Assembly (NCBI RefSeq): GCF_963921235.1
Contig: NC_086101.1
Span: forward strand, 8,122,001-8,186,000
Length of the DNA: 64,000 nucleotides
Direction of reading: 5' to 3'
Source of the DNA: Mobula hypostoma
Lineage: Eukaryota
The notes under the pieces are model-generated. The model was not told where the DNA came from. It saw only the letters and a program-made list of their open reading frames with translations, and ran no database searches. The position numbers and the translations under genes are program-made. Within the stretch, counting starts at the first letter, position 1; each line of letters begins with the position of its first letter. This document shows, in pieces, positions 59,382 to 64,000 of this stretch.

Positions 59382-62044
59382 TACTGAATGAATACTTTGC
59401 TTCAGTATTCACTATGGAAAAGGACCTTAGCAATTGTAGGGATGACTTACAGTGGACTGAAAAGCTTGCACATATAGATATCAAGAAAGAGGCTGTGCTG
59501 GAGCTTTTGGAAAGCATCAAGTAGGATAAGTCACCGGGAATGGACGAGGTATACTCCTGGCTACTGTGGGAGGTGAGGGAGGAGATTGCTGTGCTGCTGG
59601 CAATGATCTTTGGAGCATCAATGGGACAGGAGAGGTTCCAGAGGATTGGAGGGTTGCAGAAAGGAAGTAGAGATAGCCCAGGAAATTATAGACCAGTGAG
59701 TCTTACTTCAGTGGTTGGTAAGTTGATGGAGAAGATCCTGAAAGGCAGGATTTGTTAACATTTGGAGAGGCATAATATGATTAGGAATAGTCAGCATGGC
59801 TTTGTCAAAGGCAGGTCATGAATTACTAGCCCGACTGAAGTTTTTTGAGGATGTGACTAAACACATTGATGAAGGTAGAGCAGTAGATGTAGTGTATATG
59901 GATTTCAGCAAGGCATTTGATAGGGTACCTCATGCAAGGCTTATTGAGAATAGAAGGGAGCATGGGATCTAAGGGGACATTGCTTTGTGGATCCAGAACT
60001 GGCTTGCCCACAGAAGGCAAAGGGTGGCTGTAGATGGGTCATATTCTACATGGATGTTGGTGACATGAGGTGTGCCTCAGGGATCTGGTCTGGGACCACT
60101 TAATGATAGAGATCTAGAAAATTATAAGGCTAGCAGGAAGGAGCTTAAGAATGAAATTAGAAGAGCCAGAACTGGCCATGAGAAGGCCTCAGCAGACAGG
60201 ATTAAGGAAAACGCCAAGGCATCGTTCAAGTATGTGAAGAGCAAGAGGAGAGAATAGGACCAATCAAGTGTGACAGTGGAAAAGTGTGTATGGAACCGGA
60301 GGAGATAGCAGAGGTACTTAATGAATAGTTTGCTTCAGCTTTCAATATGGAAAAGGATCTTGGTGATTGCAGGGATGACCTGCAGCGGACTGAAAAGCTT
60401 GAGCATGTAGATATTAAGGAAGAGGATGTGCTGGAGCTTTTAGAGAGGATCACATTGGACAAGTGACCGGGACCGGATGGGATGTACTCCAGGCTACTGT
60501 GGGAGGCGAGGGAGGAGATTGCTGAGCATCTGGCGATGATCTTTGCATCATCAATGGGGATAGGAGAGGTTCGGGAGGATTGGAGGGTTGCGGATGTCAT
60601 TCCTTTATTCAAGAAAGGGAGCAGGGATAGCCCAGGAAATTATAGACCGGTGAGTCTTACCTCAGTGGTTAGTAAGTTGATGAAGAAGATCCTGAGAGGC
60701 AGGATTTATGAACATTTGGAAAGACATAATATGATTAGGAACAGTCAGCATGGCTTTGTCAAAGGCTGATCGTGCCTTTCAAGCATGATTGAATTTTTTG
60801 AGGATGTGACAAAACACACTGATGAAGGTACAGCCATAGATGTAGTATATATGGATTTTACCAAGGCATCAGATAAGGTACCCCATGCAAAGCTTAATGA
60901 GACAGTTCGGAGGCATGGGATCCAAGGGGACATTGCTTTGTGGATCCGGAAATGGTTTGCCCACAGAAGGCAAAGAGTGGTTGTAGATGGGTCATATTCT
61001 GCATAGAGGCTGGTGACCAGTGGTGTGCCTCAGGAATCTGTTCTCACGAATCTGCTCCCTACTCTTTGTGATTTTTATAAATGACCTGGATGAGGAAGTG
61101 GAGGGATGGGTTAGTAAATTTGCTGATGACACACAGGTTGAGGGTGTTGTGGATAGTGTGGAGGGCTGTCAGAGTTTCCAACGGAACATTGATAGGATGC
61201 ATAACTGGGCTGAGCAGTGGCAGATGGAGTTCAACCCAGATAAGTGCAAGGTGGTTCATTTTGGTAGGTCAGATATGATGGCAGAATATAGCATAATTCG
61301 TAAGACTCTTGGCAGTGTTGAGGATCAGAGGGATCTTGGGGACCAAGTCCGTAGGTCACTCAAAGCTGCTGCGCAGGTTGGCTCTGTGGTTAAGAAGGCA
61401 TACGGTGCATTAGACTTCATCAACTGTGGGATTTAGTTCAAGAGCCAAGAGGTAATGTTACAGCTGCATTGAACCCTGGTTAGACCCCACTTGGAGTACT
61501 GTGCTCAGTTCTGGTCATTTCACTGCAGGAATGATGCGGACACTATAGAAAGGTTGCAGAGGAGATCTACGAGGATTGAGGAGCATGCCTTACGAGAATA
61601 GATTGAGTGAACTTGGCCTTTTCTCCTTGGAATGACAGAGGATGAGAGATGACCTAATAGAGGTGTATAGGATGATGAGGGGCATTGATTGTGTGTATAG
61701 TCAGAGGCTTTTTCCCAGGGCTGAAATGGCTAACACAAGAGGGCAAAGTTTTAAGGTGTTTGGAAGTAGGTACAGAGGAGGTGTCAGGTGTAAGTTTTTT
61801 ATGCAGAGAGTGGTGAGTGCATGGAATGGCAGCGACTGTGGTGGAGGCAGATATAATAAGGTCTTTTTAAGAGACTCCTGGATAGGTACATGGTCTTTAG
61901 AAAAATAGAGGTATATGGGTAGCCCTAGGTAATTTCTAAAGTAAGTACATGTTCGGCACAGCATAGTGGGCCGAAGACAGTGGCTATACTTCTTTAGGAG
62001 TTTGAAGAGATCTGGCATGTCAACAAACATATCTTAGTTGAACC

Positions 62045-62580
62045 GTGGAGAGCAGTCTGACAGGCTGCATCACTGTCTGGTATGGAGGGGCTACTGCACA
62101 GGACCGAAAGAAGCTGCAGAAGGTTGTAAATCTAGTCAGCTCCATCTTGGCTACTAGCCTACAAAGTACCCAGGACACCTTCAAGGAGAGGTGTCTCAGA
62201 AAGGCAGCGTCCATTATTAAGGACCTCCAGCACCCAGGGCATGCCCTTTACTTACTGTTACCATCAAGTAGGAGATACAGAAGCCTGAAGGCACAGACTC
62301 AGCGACTCAGGAACAGCTTCTTCCCCTCTGCCATCCGATTCCTAAATGGACATTGAATCCTTGGACACTACCTCAATTTTTTTAATATACAGTATTTCTG
62401 TTTTTTCCACATTTTTTAATCTATTCAATATATGTATACTGTAATTGATTTACATGTTTATTTATCACTATTATTCATTATTTTTTTTTCTCTTCTAGAT
62501 TATGTATTGCATTGAACTGCTGCTGCTAAGTCAACAAATTTCACGTCACACGCCGGTGATAATAAACCTAATTCTGATTC
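62045..62580 (+). mobile_element. Rex1/Babar-like LINE 3' end
   Basis: ESSLTGCITVWYG..DRKKLQKVV..RCLRKAASIIKD..HPGHAL..RRYRSL..RLRNSFFPSAIRFLN, then 3'UTR. Confidence 0.8.
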
Positions 62581-62924
62581 TGTATGGGTTTTCTATGTTT
62601 TTATCCTGGTGGTTGGAAGTGGAGAAGTGGTGTTCTGAAGGAGTTGAAGTTTGGCAGTAGATTGCTTCGGAAGGCCAGTTAAGAAAACGCTTTGCAGTAA
62701 TCAAGTCTGTTCAATATATAGATGTGACTCTCCCTGCCAGTCCCACATATATTACTCCGCCTGGCACTGGACCAACTATGCAGCTGGAATACTGTATAGA
62801 CCCAGGCTGGGCAAAGCTAGCAGATCTTCTTCCCTTGAAGGGCACTAGGAAATTGTGGACTCCATTGCTGAGATGAGTTTTTTTTAATTGATTGCTGATA
62901 TTTATTTAATTTGTTGAATATAAT

Positions 62925-63635
62925 AAGACCCTTAACAGTGTTGTTGAGCAGAGGGATCTTGGGATCGAACTCCATAGCTCCCTGAAGTGGCTACACAGGT
63001 TGATAGGGTGAATTCAGCAGCTGATGGCATGCTTGCTTTCATTAGTCGAGGCACTGAGTTCACAAGTCAGGAAGTTACGGTACAGCTTTATAAAGCTCTA
63101 GTGAGGCCACCTCGGGGGCACTGCATAAAATTCTGGCCATCAAATCATAGGAAGGGTGCCAGTGTTTTGGAGAAGCAGCAGAAGAAGTTTACCAGGATGC
63201 TGCCTGGATCAGAGGGCATTTGCTATCATGAGAGGTTGGACTGGCTTGGGTTACTTTCTCTGCTGTGGCAGAGGCTGAGGACAGATCTGGTAGATAGGGT
63301 AGGCAGACCGTATCTTTCTCCCAGGGTTGAAAAGCCTAATGCCAGAGGGCACACATTTAAGGTGGCAGGGGGGAAAGGGAATTCAAAGGACATGTGAGGG
63401 GCATTTTTTTACACTGAGAGTGGAGCTTGCCTGGAATGCACTGCCTGGGGTGGTGGTAGGGGCAGATACATTAGAGACTTTTAAGGGGTGTTTAGATTGG
63501 CACATGATTGTGAGGAAAATGGAAGGATATGGAGATTATGTAGGTGGAAGAGATTAGTTTGGATGGCCATTTAATTGATTCAGCACAACATATTGTGCCG
63601 AAGGGTCTGTGCTGTGCTGTACTGTTCTATGTTCA
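62925..63635 (+). mobile_element. CR1 3' fragment
   Basis: LAFISRGTEFTSQEVTVQLYKALVRP..FTRMLPG motif and CR1 3' tail. Confidence 0.82.
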
Positions 63636-63844
63636 GTAAATTCCCTGGCCTGCTGTGATGTGATTGATTGTACACAGCAACTTAATGACTTAGACAACGT
63701 GAACTGAATAGAAAACGCGGAGTTTCTCATCCATCTGTTGTCTGAGTTCCCCTCAACCTGCGGGTTAACGCTCACAGCATTAAACAGCTCAGAACTCCCG
63801 GAAAAAGTGGTTTCAGACCTGACGATATGCGACAAAAATAGAAG

Positions 63845-64000
63845 TCCAAAACAACACACACAAAATGCTGGAGGAACTCAGCAGGTCGGACAGCGTCTAT
63901 AGAGAGGAATAAACAGTCAATGTTTCAGGCCGAGACCCTTCTTCAAGACTACGAAGGAAGGGGGAAGATGCCAGAATAAAAAAGTGGGGGGGAAGGGAAG
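63845..64000 (-). mobile_element. Penelope-type 3' end with mutated hammerhead
   Basis: Minus strand AGUC UUGAAGA A GGG UCUCGG CCU GAAAC AUU GACUG (core C3>U, stem III mismatch). Confidence 0.7.

Larger units (their letters stand above)
57770..61975 (+). mobile_element. CR1 ORF2 fragments in tandem (about 57770-60090, then restarting about 60095-61975)
   Basis: Endonuclease, then RT motifs; the segment ctagaa..ttataa..gctagcaggaagga..cttaagaatgaaattag occurs near 58885 and again near 60115. Confidence 0.85.

Overview
Eukaryotic, repeat-dominated genomic DNA, almost certainly from a cartilaginous fish (inferred from elasmobranch-type CR1 LINEs, HE1-like SINEs and the PTGES sequence). It contains one complete, well-supported gene: 3-exon PTGES (mPGES-1, + strand, CDS 48577-48693, 50955-51037, 53388-53637; 149 aa, catalytic residues intact). 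It also holds one orphan Ig C1-set domain exon (2015-2318, +) from a gene that starts left of the window. A hand-assembled, unverified minus-strand multi-exon gene candidate lies head-to-head with PTGES. Most of the remainder is transposon debris: many CR1 LINE copies (several nested, one with a nearly intact ORF2), Rex1/Babar-like and L1-like 3' ends, tRNA-derived SINEs, Tc1/mariner remnants, a solo LTR, minisatellites and a 225-N gap. The most notable non-coding signal is an abundant Penelope-like repeat end carrying minimal type I hammerhead ribozymes. Two copies with intact catalytic cores (46224-46261 and 59286-59321) lie on the PTGES sense strand on either side of the gene. Repeat boundaries are eye estimates unless a target-site duplication (TSD) is quoted.
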